Origin: a bacterium
GTDB lineage: Bacteria; Patescibacteriota; Saccharimonadia; Saccharimonadales; Saccharimonadaceae
Direction: 5' to 3'
Assembly: GCA_030429445.1 (NCBI GenBank)
Contig: JAUIFG010000003.1
Span: forward strand, 9,099-73,098
Length of the DNA: 64,000 nt
Part shown: piece after piece, positions 25,167 to 35,127 of the stretch
Position numbering within the stretch: position 1 is the first letter of the stretch
Layout of the letters: every line of letters starts with the position of its first letter
The notes under the pieces: model-generated
What the model was told of the DNA's origin: nothing
The model's database searches: none
The model's input: only the letters and a program-made list of their open reading frames with translations
Made by a program: the position numbers and the translations under genes

Positions 25167-26372
25167 TCAAGCGTTTGGAAAACGTAGAAGGACAACGCCA
25201 GTGTTTTTGACGAACATCGTACTGTAGTCACCGGTACCATAGAAGTTGTACTGACTGACGAACATATCTCCGTTTGCCTGTACCGACTCAACAATCATAA
25301 CGTGACCCACAGGGGCGAATGCCCCTGATTGTGGCAGTACTACTACATCCCCTGGCTTCGGTGAATACACGCGCCATGCCCCACTCCATTTAGGCGCACT
25401 CCAAGGCCACTCGTATGCATTACCGTCACCGTGCCATGGCTGGACGTTCTTGCCAAACCTATACTTTAGTGCCCACGCGACATAACTGACGCATTCACGC
25501 ATATATAAATTCCATTGATCAACTGCATACGAAGTATAGGTACCGCCAGGATAGTTACAATATGGATAACCACCCGAACAACCCTTATTACCGCTCCATC
25601 CCCAGTAGTTAAACGAGCCAACTACTCCAGAATTACCACCACCACTCGATACCAAGCTCGCATAGTACGCCTGTTGCTGTGCACGAACAGACTGCAACTG
25701 ACTTTTGGCTTTTTGTACTAGACTTTGATATGCTGCCTCTTCGCCACGAGTTTTATTCACCAAATACTGCTGTTCTGCTTGCACTGCCCTTAACTGCTTG
25801 TCCTGCTGTTTTAGATTTGCAAGCACTTTCTCGACTGATTCCTTATCATTCTCTAGTTTTGCTTTAATTTCTTTAACTTCAACGATCGTATCATTTAATT
25901 GATCGCGTACGGACGAGCGATATTCTTGCTTATCCACATAATCACCGATGCTTTCACTGCTCGCAAGGATTTCAAGAGAAGATATATCGTCATCAACATA
26001 CAAATTCGCTAACATCTCACCAAGCACATCCTGAGATTCCTTCAATTTTATTTCATTAGCCCGAATCGTAACCTTTAACTTTTTTAACTTAATATTGTTC
26101 GTGGCAATTTTTGCTTCAATCGCTGCCTTTTGCGCATTGATTTGATCCAACTTGTTTTGTAATGTGTTCGACTTTGCACGTAGCTTGTTTGCCTCTGCCT
26201 GATAGGCATCTGCTTTCGCCTGTAGATTACTGATTTGTGCATCCCATTGGTCGGCAAATACACTCTGCATCGACGTCATCGGCAAGGTAGCGCACATCAG
26301 AACAGCAAACGAGACCAAAATTATTTTGGTCGTTAAACGGCGCAATACTGGTGTGGCGGACCGTGATTTCAT
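25167..26372 (-). CDS. PcsB-like secreted coiled-coil + CHAP-domain peptidoglycan hydrolase (paralogue 2)
   Basis: Same architecture as paralogue 1. CHAP Cys in MRECVSYVAW and His in GHVMIVESVQANGDMFVSQYNF. Confidence 0.75.
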   Translation of the reverse strand: MKSRSATPVLRRLTTKIILVSFAVLMCATLPMTSMQSVFADQWDAQISNLQAKADAYQAEANKLRAKSNTLQNKLDQINAQKAAIEAKIATNNIKLKKLKVTIRANEIKLKESQDVLGEMLANLYVDDDISSLEILASSESIGDYVDKQEYRSSVRDQLNDTIVEVKEIKAKLENDKESVEKVLANLKQQDKQLRAVQAEQQYLVNKTRGEEAAYQSLVQKAKSQLQSVRAQQQAYYASLVSSGGGNSGVVGSFNYWGWSGNKGCSGGYPYCNYPGGTYTSYAVDQWNLYMRECVSYVAWALKYRFGKNVQPWHGDGNAYEWPWSAPKWSGAWRVYSPKPGDVVVLPQSGAFAPVGHVMIVESVQANGDMFVSQYNFYGTGDYSTMFVKNTGVVLLRFPNA

Positions 26373-26423
26373 GCTATCTATTATTTTAATGCCTTTACCC
26401 CAGTGGCGTCAATACGCTTGTGG

Positions 26424-27398
26424 TTAAATTTTTAAGTACTTACGGGTAGCAAGTAATGACGATACGACCCCTATCGCTGCACCAGCCAAGAGCATTATTA
26501 AAACAACAAAACCAATATACGTCGTTACCAGTTCGACAGTATTACTAATATTTACCCATTCGTTCAGCTTGTCTTGTACAGCATAGAGCGCACCAACACC
26601 CAAAGCCGTTGCCAAAACTGCCGCGATAAAGCCATAGACAATCGCCTCGACAATAAATGGCCCACGAATAAAGTTACGATCCGCACCAATTAGCTTCATC
26701 ATTTGGATCTCTTCTTTGCGATTAAAGATTGCCATCCGAATAGTGTTAAAGACTATCAGTGCAGAAATTACCAAAAAAACCAAACTTGCGATTAAACCAC
26801 CGCGTTCTGCAAATTCAACCCATCGACCAATCGTTTCGATCGCCGTTCGCCGATCACCCTGGAACGATGGCTCTCTATCTGGGTCGGCATGCGTTTTATA
26901 CAACTCATTTGTACTCACAAATTTATTCAATTCAGAGGGGTCATTAATATCTGCGATCTTTACGCGAAATATACCCGGTAATTTGTTTGTCGCCTCATTG
27001 AGGGCATCAAGCGTTTCTATGTCACCCTTGTTTTGATTCGCAAAATCTGCACGACCCTCTTCCGGACTAATATAAGTGACGCTTTTTACCGTTGATAGCT
27101 TCTCGATTGCTTCCTTGATACCTTGCGCTTGTTCATCGGTCGTCTCGGTATCAACATAGATCGACATATCGACTTTATCCTTGATAACATCAACCGTATC
27201 GACAAGCACCTGTCGTGCAACCAGCGTCATAAACATAATGAGCAACGTAATTGTCATTACCGCAGTCGCTGCAACTGTTAACCACATGTTACGGCTAAAG
27301 TTGTTAACACCATAACGACACATGCGCAAAAAAGTCAGCCACTTACGACGCGTCTTTTTTCCCTGTGCTAGTGCCTTTGGTTCTTGATTCTTACCCAT
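26424..27398 (-). CDS. ftsX: Cell-division ABC-type permease-like protein FtsX
   Basis: FtsX topology: TM1, a large extracellular loop, then 3 C-terminal TM helices. It lies immediately downstream of ftsE. Confidence 0.85.
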   Translation of the reverse strand: MGKNQEPKALAQGKKTRRKWLTFLRMCRYGVNNFSRNMWLTVAATAVMTITLLIMFMTLVARQVLVDTVDVIKDKVDMSIYVDTETTDEQAQGIKEAIEKLSTVKSVTYISPEEGRADFANQNKGDIETLDALNEATNKLPGIFRVKIADINDPSELNKFVSTNELYKTHADPDREPSFQGDRRTAIETIGRWVEFAERGGLIASLVFLVISALIVFNTIRMAIFNRKEEIQMMKLIGADRNFIRGPFIVEAIVYGFIAAVLATALGVGALYAVQDKLNEWVNISNTVELVTTYIGFVVLIMLLAGAAIGVVSSLLATRKYLKI

Positions 27399-27401
27399 AT
27401 A

Positions 27402-28085
27402 TTATTGCCTGTAACTCCCCTGCGCTTGGTCACTTGTCACCTTACCGTGATCAAGCGTAATAACACGACGTTTCAGCTTGTTTACAATCTCAACATTATG
27501 AGTAGTAAGCAAAACGGTTGTTCCATATTTGTTAATTTTTTCCAATAAACGCACGATGTCCCAACTGTGTTTTGGATCGAGGTTGCCCGTTGGCTCATCC
27601 GCAATTAAAATCTTTGGTTGTCGCACAACTGCACGTGCGATTGCAACACGCTGCCGTTCGCCGCCAGACAATTGATGCGGGAATTGTTTTTCCTTACCAG
27701 TTAGACCAACCAATTCGATGACTTTTGGCACAGTGTTCTTGATCTCACGACCGGTCATGCCGGCAATCTCTAATGCAAAAGCAATATTTTCGTACACTGT
27801 ACGCTGCGGTAATAGTTTAAAATCCTGAAAGACAACGCCAATTTTGCGACGCAAAAGAGGAATGTGCTTGTCTTTTAGCTGATCATAATCGATCCCACCA
27901 ATAACAATTTTGCCACTAGTTGGTTTTTCTTCACGAGTTAATAGTTTCAAGAGTGTTGATTTGCCCGCGCCGCTCGTGCCCACAATGATAACGAATTCTT
28001 TTGGCTCAACATGCAAACTAATCCGGTTCAGTGCCGGTTTGTCATCTCGTCCGTATGATTTCGTTACCCTATCTAGCAGTATCAT
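27402..28085 (-). CDS. ftsE: Cell-division ATP-binding protein FtsE
   Basis: Walker A GTSGAGKST, signature LSGGERQRVAIARA, Walker B ILIADEPTGNLD. Confidence 0.9.
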   Translation of the reverse strand: MILLDRVTKSYGRDDKPALNRISLHVEPKEFVIIVGTSGAGKSTLLKLLTREEKPTSGKIVIGGIDYDQLKDKHIPLLRRKIGVVFQDFKLLPQRTVYENIAFALEIAGMTGREIKNTVPKVIELVGLTGKEKQFPHQLSGGERQRVAIARAVVRQPKILIADEPTGNLDPKHSWDIVRLLEKINKYGTTVLLTTHNVEIVNKLKRRVITLDHGKVTSDQAQGSYRQ

Positions 28086-28139
28086 CTATGCCTTTTATTA
28101 TAGCATAACGCTCATGGAAAAATAGCAAATAACTAGTGT

Positions 28140-29234
28140 TTAATTGTCGGTACCGTCCGCAAGATTATGCTCTAGATAGGCGTTGATAAAACCATCGATT
28201 TTGCCGTCTAATACCGATTGTGGATCTTTTTCTTCGTACTTCGTACGCGTATCTTTAACAAGTGTATACGGATGAAGAATATAGTTACGAATTTGGCTAC
28301 CCCAATTTGCTGACTCCCCTGCGCGTAAATCTGCGATTGATTCAGCATGCTGTTCTACCTGCAGGTGCGCCAACTTTGAGCGCACTATCTTCATCGCCGT
28401 TTCTTTGTTTTGTAGTTGACTTCGCTCGTTCTGAATCGCCACAACAATACCCGTCGGTATGTGCGTTATGCGTACTGCACTGTCGGTTGTATTTACCGAC
28501 TGTCCGCCATGCCCACCAGCTCGATATACATCAATTTTTAAATCCTTTTCATCAATCTGAACCTCGTCGGGTGTATCAATTTGAGGTAAAACTTCAACTA
28601 GTGCAAAACTGGTCTGGCGCAAATTGTCACTATTGAATGGACTGAGACGCACTAGGCGATGCACGCCATTTTCGCTCCGCAATTTTCCATATGCGTACGG
28701 CCCGCTCACTTCAAAAACACTTGTTTTTATACCCGCTTCTTCACCTGTTGATCGGTCGTCTTGCACTACTTTCATTCCATCATTTTCTGCCCAGCGCAAA
28801 TACATCCGTTCAAGCATCTCTGCAAAATCTTGGGCATCAGTTCCACCTACACCCGCACTGATGCGTACAATTGCATCATGATCATCATATTTACCGTTAA
28901 ATAATAGTTCTTTTTTTCGTTCAATTAGCTCGGTCTCTAAAGCCTCAATCTGACCCTCGAATTCAGCCTGCAATGTATCATCGCCCATCCCCATTAATTC
29001 AACAATATCGTCAACTTGTGCGCGAAGCGTCTGCCATGGCTGAACCTGCGCAGACAAGGCAGCCTGCTGTTTACTTTTTGCTTGCGCATCAGCAGGATTG
29101 TTCCAGATTTCCGGCACAGACAACTTATCATCAAGTGCTGATAATTGCTCGGCTTTGCTATCAATTGACAGCTGCCGATACGCAGTAGTAACGTCATCCT
29201 TTAATGACTGGACTCTTTTTTCCAGTGGTTGCAT
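28140..29234 (-). CDS. prfB: Peptide chain release factor 2 (single uninterrupted frame)
   Basis: SPF motif (RLSPFNS) and GGQ motif ([21 protein letters not shown]). Start set to MQPLEKRV (ATG 29234). The ORF-track extension to 29546 is read-through into murI. Confidence 0.9.
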   Translation of the reverse strand: MQPLEKRVQSLKDDVTTAYRQLSIDSKAEQLSALDDKLSVPEIWNNPADAQAKSKQQAALSAQVQPWQTLRAQVDDIVELMGMGDDTLQAEFEGQIEALETELIERKKELLFNGKYDDHDAIVRISAGVGGTDAQDFAEMLERMYLRWAENDGMKVVQDDRSTGEEAGIKTSVFEVSGPYAYGKLRSENGVHRLVRLSPFNSDNLRQTSFALVEVLPQIDTPDEVQIDEKDLKIDVYRAGGHGGQSVNTTDSAVRITHIPTGIVVAIQNERSQLQNKETAMKIVRSKLAHLQVEQHAESIADLRAGESANWGSQIRNYILHPYTLVKDTRTKYEEKDPQSVLDGKIDGFINAYLEHNLADGTDN

Positions 29235-29236
29235 GG

Positions 29237-29269
29237 GTATAATTATACAGTACGCACCCATGCTACACT
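29237..29269. promoter_or_regulatory. Compact divergent promoter region between prfB and murI
   Basis: The perfect 12-bp palindrome GTATAATTATAC (29237-29248) reads TATAAT on both strands. The minus-strand copy ends 7 nt before the prfB ATG. TGCTACACT (29261-29269) ends 7 nt before the murI ATG. Confidence 0.45.
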
Positions 29270-29276
29270 TGAGTAT

Positions 29277-29942
29277 ATGGTGAAAATCGGTGTATTTGAC
29301 TCGGGAATCGGCGGACAAGCAATCGCTGATAAACTGCACGACTTGTTTCCTGCTGCAAAAATTATCTCTGTTAATGATAGTGCAAACGTTCCTTATGGAA
29401 ACAGGCATCGTGGTTCTATCATTCAAATGACCGAAGATGCGATCAAGCCACTGATCAAAAAAAAGTGCGATGTAATCGTTATTGCATGTAACACAGCGAC
29501 AACGAACGCTATCGACGATATACGCAAAAAACACCCAAGCATCCATTTTGTTGGCATTGAGCCAATGATAAAGCCAGCCGCAAAATTAACGCAAACAAAA
29601 ACAATTGCAGTCTTTGCAACAACCGGAACCCTAAAAAGCCATCGATACCACCAGCTAAAACATCGATGGGCATCTCAGCTAGTCGTGCTCGAGCCCGATT
29701 GTAGCCAATGGGCTACTCGTATCGAAAATGGCGAAGCTGAACGTATTGATATTCATTCTGCTATCTCGGAGGTAAAGCGATGGAATGCCGATGTTATCGT
29801 GCTCGGCTGTACGCACTACCACCACATCAAAGATCGTATAGAGAGAGCTGCCGGACCGGGTATCCACGTGCTTGAACCATCCGATGCAATCGGTGCACGA
29901 TTAGACGCAATACTATCTACAAACTCTGAACTGCCTGAATAA
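29277..29942 (+). CDS. murI: Glutamate racemase
   Basis: MVKIGVFDSGIGG, VIACNTATT and LGCTHYHH (the two catalytic Cys contexts). Start moved to ATG 29277. Confidence 0.85.
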   Translation: MVKIGVFDSGIGGQAIADKLHDLFPAAKIISVNDSANVPYGNRHRGSIIQMTEDAIKPLIKKKCDVIVIACNTATTNAIDDIRKKHPSIHFVGIEPMIKPAAKLTQTKTIAVFATTGTLKSHRYHQLKHRWASQLVVLEPDCSQWATRIENGEAERIDIHSAISEVKRWNADVIVLGCTHYHHIKDRIERAAGPGIHVLEPSDAIGARLDAILSTNSELPE

Positions 29943-31212
29943 ACTGATCGCCTCTGTCTGAATAACTCGTAAACATGTCAAAGCTTGCGCACGCTGGGCT
30001 GAGGATCACAACATCTCCCGCCTCTGCCGCATCGGTTGCTGATTTTACTATATCCGTCATCGAAACAGCAGAACCAAGATTTGTATAGCGAGCAAAGGAC
30101 GCATTTTTTAGAGCCATCTCAATCTTTGGAGCCTCAGCACCAACCAAAAGTACTCTACGAATATCCGAGCTCGTTTTTATCTGTTTTGCCAATCCATCAT
30201 ACGAAGCACCCTTACTTGAGCCACCCAAAATCAACACTTTAGGTGAATCGAATGCAGTGATTGCTGCAATCGCGCTACCAGGTGTTGTCGCAATACTGTC
30301 ATCGAAATACCTTATGTCATTCACCGATCCAACAAGTTTTAAGCGATGAGGCAGCCCCTCAAAAGTCTCGACACCTCGTTCCATGTCAAAGCCATCCTTT
30401 AGCCATGGCCAAACAGCAGTAATTGCAGCACATGTATTATCACGGTTATGAGCGCCCGCCAATTTCAACGCAGCAACCGAAAACAACTCATTCTCGCCAT
30501 AATAGAACATACCGTCTCTGATATGTGCCGCAGTTTCATCTGGGTATGCCACCTTGTTAGTCGCAGGTGAAACTTTGCTGACATACTCAGAATATTGATT
30601 CCCTGCCCTGGAAACAACAACATCATCAGGCTTTTGATACTTGGCGATATTCGCCTTTGCCATTAAATAATCATTAAAATCTTTGTGTACGTCCAAGTGC
30701 TCCGACTCAATGCCCAACACAACAGCGACATGAGGACTTATGTCACTATCCCAAAGTTGAAAACTACTGAGCTCATAAATAACGATGTCACGAGAGTTGA
30801 TTTGATTCAGTACATCAAGCGCACCAACGCCAATATTGCCAACAAGCCACGCCTTTTTACCAGTAGCATCCAGCATCGCCTTTATCAAACTACACGTCGT
30901 TCCCTTGCCTTTTGTGCCCGTAACACCAATAACTGGCGCTGGACAATGTTTCAAAAACTCCCGAGTTACCGTCGTTAACTCACCAGTCACTTCAACTTGC
31001 CATGGCGGAATGGACGGTGACTTAACTATCAAATCGGCCGTTATGCCCTTGAAATCTTTTAAACCGCCCACAAAACGAACACCTTCGGGCAACTGTTTTG
31101 TCGGTTTTAGATTATTATCATATACCGTAAATGTCGAACCAGGATGCAATGCGCTGTAATACTTATAGACGCTTTCGCCTTCGACACCATAACCTAAAAT
31201 AGCAATATTCAT
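29917..31212 (-). CDS. murD: UDP-N-acetylmuramoylalanine--D-glutamate ligase
   Basis: Mur-ligase P-loop GVTGTKGKGTT. The C-terminus ILSPACASFDMFTSYSDRGDQF matches the MurD-type LLSPACASLDQF..RG..F. Confidence 0.8.
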   Translation of the reverse strand: MNIAILGYGVEGESVYKYYSALHPGSTFTVYDNNLKPTKQLPEGVRFVGGLKDFKGITADLIVKSPSIPPWQVEVTGELTTVTREFLKHCPAPVIGVTGTKGKGTTCSLIKAMLDATGKKAWLVGNIGVGALDVLNQINSRDIVIYELSSFQLWDSDISPHVAVVLGIESEHLDVHKDFNDYLMAKANIAKYQKPDDVVVSRAGNQYSEYVSKVSPATNKVAYPDETAAHIRDGMFYYGENELFSVAALKLAGAHNRDNTCAAITAVWPWLKDGFDMERGVETFEGLPHRLKLVGSVNDIRYFDDSIATTPGSAIAAITAFDSPKVLILGGSSKGASYDGLAKQIKTSSDIRRVLLVGAEAPKIEMALKNASFARYTNLGSAVSMTDIVKSATDAAEAGDVVILSPACASFDMFTSYSDRGDQFIQAVQSL

Positions 31213-31228
31213 AAATCTAGTATATCAA

Positions 31229-32515
31229 CTATTTGGATTCAAAGAGGGTAGATAATTTATCATCAAGCGATACAAAATCTTTGCGTTCACCCGAGCTAAC
31301 ACCGGCCAAAACGCTAATATTATGCTCGATAAACATCTTTGCGGTATTGATAATACACTCTCTTGTTGTGCCGTTAATCGATTCTGGAACTTTTTCATAA
31401 TCCTTGACAACCCCATCAGCAAAATAACGATTCGTGTAAAAATTGCTAATTTGAGACACCGTCTGAGCGCCCATCTGATGCCGACCAAGTGCATATGATT
31501 TTGCGGCGTTTATCTCTGCCTCGCTAATTTTTCCGTTCAAAATGGCGTGCAACTCACGCACAATTATTTCAAATAACGCATCGGCGGTTTCTAAATTAAC
31601 TTGTCCACCAAAATCCCATGACGAATCGTGAAAGCCAACTGATGTATCACTGAACATTCCATATGCCAGCCCTCGTTTACGTGCAGCTCCATATATACGA
31701 GAATGATTTGTACCCGTCAGAATATGATCCAGACAATCCATTGCGTCAGATTCTTCATCCGAAAGCTCACGAGGTACAATTAACGACCACGCAAATGTTA
31801 GATTCGATGCCTCTTTGCGTCGGATTAATGTCGGCTTGCCCGAATGAAAATCATCTTGTGGCGCGGGGAAACGCTCGCCTTCTGGCAATTCCCACTCCTC
31901 TAACTGTCGGCGAATTTCAGCCTTGCGTCCATGCAACTTACCTGCAATAACAAAACGCATATTCTTTGAGGTATGCGTACGAGAATGATGCTCTTTGATG
32001 TGACGAAGTTTGACTCGCGGGATTGTACGCAAACGCTGATTAAAAGTCAGCACATCTTCACCTAGTAGCTGTTGGACTTTTGGCCACAACAATCGATTAT
32101 GACTATTTAAATATCCCGTCAATTCGCTACGAACATTGCCTTTCTCTGCATCGAGTTCTTCATTATTAAACCGTGGCTGACAGATTGAGACACGTTGTAA
32201 ATCTAAAATTCGCTCCCACTCAAAGTCTGCACAATCAGCAATATACACCATGCTCATGTCGCTTGTATAAGCATTATGATACGCACCATTTTTGGTAAAC
32301 TCTGCTTCAAATTGATGCTCATCATGAAACCGCGCATTTGCACCAAACGCCATATGCTCCATGATGTGCGCTGCCTCATATACATTCTTATTTTTTACAT
32401 AACGATTACCTGCGCGAAATTGAAATTGAAAGCTCATGACAGTTGCACCAGGTACGTCAATGAGCAACCCTCGTGCACCATTCTTTAGTCTCACCTCTTC
32501 GACAGTATGTTTCAT
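31229..32515 (-). CDS. M16-family (pitrilysin/insulinase-like) zinc peptidase
   Basis: Inverted zinc motif HxxEH in AAHIMEHMAFG. Size typical of the family (428 aa). Confidence 0.75.
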   Translation of the reverse strand: MKHTVEEVRLKNGARGLLIDVPGATVMSFQFQFRAGNRYVKNKNVYEAAHIMEHMAFGANARFHDEHQFEAEFTKNGAYHNAYTSDMSMVYIADCADFEWERILDLQRVSICQPRFNNEELDAEKGNVRSELTGYLNSHNRLLWPKVQQLLGEDVLTFNQRLRTIPRVKLRHIKEHHSRTHTSKNMRFVIAGKLHGRKAEIRRQLEEWELPEGERFPAPQDDFHSGKPTLIRRKEASNLTFAWSLIVPRELSDEESDAMDCLDHILTGTNHSRIYGAARKRGLAYGMFSDTSVGFHDSSWDFGGQVNLETADALFEIIVRELHAILNGKISEAEINAAKSYALGRHQMGAQTVSQISNFYTNRYFADGVVKDYEKVPESINGTTRECIINTAKMFIEHNISVLAGVSSGERKDFVSLDDKLSTLFESK

Positions 32516-35127
32516 CGACGACTCTTCTTTCGATTCTGCCTCTGTTTCTTCTTCTTTTTACGCGCATCACTCTTTGCTTTTGCCTCGCCCTTTGGCTTCT
32601 TTGCAATATCAAAATCATCATCACGATTTTTTTCACCATTGGTAATTTCATTTGCTCCACGCTCAACTGCATGCTCCGCTAGCTTCGTCAACTCAGTCTC
32701 GTGCTCCTCTTCGATAACCGCCCTCACATCACTTGCCCGAACGCGCATGATAGTTCCCAAAACCTCATCACGAAGCGTTGCCTGCAAACTATCGAAAAGC
32801 TTTGCGCTCTCAGAACGATATTCAACCAATGGATCACGCTGACCAACAGAGCGCCAATGAATACCCTCGCGCAAATGTTGCATATTTTCGAGATGCTGCA
32901 TCCATAATGTATCAAGTACTTGCAAATAAACATCTCGTTCTACCTTGCGTAGAGTCTTGGTTGTGAGCTCTTTTTCCTTTCCTGCATACAGTTTAGCTAC
33001 CGCCTCTTTGGCCATTTCACGACGATTTTTATCTCGCTTTTCGGCACCAATTTTTTCTAATTCCTTTTCATCTAATGGAAATACAGCAGCAAATTCTTCG
33101 GCAAACTTTGGATTATTTTTTGCCGGTAAATCAACTAACGTATCTACCTTTTCGCCCACTAATCGTTCGATTTCTGGCTTGATATTCTCGCCTTCCAAAA
33201 TCTTGCGACGCATTGTGTACACAACTTTTCGATGCTTATTGATAACATTATCGTACTGAACAACATTCTTTCGGATGTCATAGTTGTAACCTTCGACGCG
33301 CTTCTGAGCGGCTTCAAGTGTCTTTGTTACAGCCCTATTCTGGATCGGAGTATCTTCGGTAACGCCAAGCCGAGTCATCAATTTAGCTATGCGCTCACCT
33401 TGGAAAATACGCATGAGATCATCTTCGGTTGATACATAAAATTGCGTCTCGCCCGGATCACCCTGACGACCACCACGACCACGTAACTGATTATCAATTC
33501 GGCGAGATTCATGTCGTTCACTACCGATCACTACCAGACCACCCAACTCCTTGACTCCATCAGCTAGTTTGATATCAGTACCACGACCCGCAATGTTGGT
33601 CGCCAAAGTAATCGCACCTTTCTCGCCCGCCTTTTCGATAATCGCTGCCTCACGCTCGTTATTCTTTGCGTTCAAGATTTCGTACTTGATACCCTCTTTG
33701 CGCAAATAATTAGCAATCATTTCGTTTTTTGTAATTGATGCGCTACCGACCAAAACCGGCCGACCAGCCTTGTGATGCTCTCTTATGGCATCAGCGACGG
33801 CCTTCAATTTGCCCTTTTCTGTCTTGAAAATCAAATCTTCTTTATCGTCACGAATAATTGGTCGATTCGATGGAATCTGAACAACGTCCAAACTATAAAT
33901 TTGCTGGAATTCTTCGGCTTCAGTGAACGCTGTACCCGTCATGCCGGCTAACTTGTCATAAAGCCGGAAGAAGTTCTGAAACGAAACTGTTGCGAGTGTC
34001 ATGCTTTCCTGCAAGACAGCGACACCTTCTTTGGCCTCGATTGCCTGATGAAGACCCTCATTATAACGACGACCTTGCATTAAACGACCGGTGTGTTCAT
34101 CAACTATTATCACCTCGCCATCTTTGGTAACGACATAATCTTTATCTCTGTGAAATAATGCCTGAGCCTTGAGAGCCTGGTCAACGTGATAGACGGATTG
34201 TACGTATCCAGGCGTGTATAAATTTTTTATTCCCAACATTTTTTGCACTTTTTCAACACCCTCGTCGCTCAACGCAACCGTGCGCCTCTTTTCATCCAAA
34301 ACATAATCGTCAGGAACTAACCTTGCAGCAACTTTCGCAAACTGCAGATAACTGTCTGGATTTTCAGCTGCCGGCGCACTAATAATCAATGGTGTCCGTG
34401 CTTCATCGATCAAGATACTATCGACCTCGTCAACAATCGCAAAATTCAGTGTACGCTGACGCAATTCTTCAACATCGTTTACCATGTTGTCGCGCAAGTA
34501 ATCAAAGCCAAATTCGTTGTTTGTTCCGTATGTTACATCCGCTGCGTATGCCTCTTTACGACTCACGGGGCGTAATTTTCGCATGCGTGGATCGTCGTGC
34601 TTTTCATTATCATAATTAGGATCATAAATAAACGAAGCGTCATTAATAATAACGCCAGTCGACATACCCAAGAAATGATATATCTCACCCATCCAGCCAG
34701 CATCTCGTTGTGCCAGATAGTCATTCACAGTCACAACATGCACGCCCTTGCCAGTCAGTGCATTCAGATACACAGGCAGGGTTGCAACAAGAGTTTTACC
34801 TTCACCAGTTTTCATCTCGGCGACATTACCTTCGTGAAGTGCCATACCGCCAATCAACTGAACATCAAAGTGACGTTGACCGAGGACTCGATCACCCACC
34901 TCGCGTACTAATGCAAATGCATCCGGCAAAATATCATCAAGTTCTACTTTCTTTTTCCCTAATCTATTTTTGAGCACCTCCGTCTGTTTTTTTAGCTCTG
35001 GCTTGCTCATTTTGTGGTACTTTTCAGCAAGCGCATTAATTGCGCCGACCTTTTTTTCTAAACCTTTAAGAATCCGCTTTTGCGGGTCACCGAATATTTT
35101 TGTTAAGACCCCTTGTCTGCTAACCAT
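32512..35127 (-). CDS. secA: Preprotein translocase ATPase SecA
   Basis: LTKIFGDPQKR, MKTGEGKTLVATLP, DEVDSILIDEARTPLIIS and TNIAGRGTDI. Start taken as ATG 35127 (MVSRQG) because the AGGAG SD overlaps the GTG at 35139. It has a Lys/Arg-rich C-terminal tail and no Zn-finger cysteines. Confidence 0.93.
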   Translation of the reverse strand: MVSRQGVLTKIFGDPQKRILKGLEKKVGAINALAEKYHKMSKPELKKQTEVLKNRLGKKKVELDDILPDAFALVREVGDRVLGQRHFDVQLIGGMALHEGNVAEMKTGEGKTLVATLPVYLNALTGKGVHVVTVNDYLAQRDAGWMGEIYHFLGMSTGVIINDASFIYDPNYDNEKHDDPRMRKLRPVSRKEAYAADVTYGTNNEFGFDYLRDNMVNDVEELRQRTLNFAIVDEVDSILIDEARTPLIISAPAAENPDSYLQFAKVAARLVPDDYVLDEKRRTVALSDEGVEKVQKMLGIKNLYTPGYVQSVYHVDQALKAQALFHRDKDYVVTKDGEVIIVDEHTGRLMQGRRYNEGLHQAIEAKEGVAVLQESMTLATVSFQNFFRLYDKLAGMTGTAFTEAEEFQQIYSLDVVQIPSNRPIIRDDKEDLIFKTEKGKLKAVADAIREHHKAGRPVLVGSASITKNEMIANYLRKEGIKYEILNAKNNEREAAIIEKAGEKGAITLATNIAGRGTDIKLADGVKELGGLVVIGSERHESRRIDNQLRGRGGRQGDPGETQFYVSTEDDLMRIFQGERIAKLMTRLGVTEDTPIQNRAVTKTLEAAQKRVEGYNYDIRKNVVQYDNVINKHRKVVYTMRRKILEGENIKPEIERLVGEKVDTLVDLPAKNNPKFAEEFAAVFPLDEKELEKIGAEKRDKNRREMAKEAVAKLYAGKEKELTTKTLRKVERDVYLQVLDTLWMQHLENMQHLREGIHWRSVGQRDPLVEYRSESAKLFDSLQATLRDEVLGTIMRVRASDVRAVIEEEHETELTKLAEHAVERGANEITNGEKNRDDDFDIAKKPKGEAKAKSDARKKKKKQRQNRKKSRR

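Noticed and set aside
29235-29546. N-terminal 104-aa extension of the prfB ORF, and a possible programmed +1 frameshift
   Set aside because: The extension reads backwards through the murI coding region and is Cys/Phe-rich junk. RF2 homology starts at MQPLEKRV. I looked for the CUU UGA C-type frameshift site in the first ~30 codons, and the frame is simply continuous.
31225-31494. 89-aa minus-strand ORF overlapping the 3' end of the M16 peptidase gene
   Set aside because: It is an alternative frame of a gene with a clear HxxEH family assignment. No independent start signals are present.
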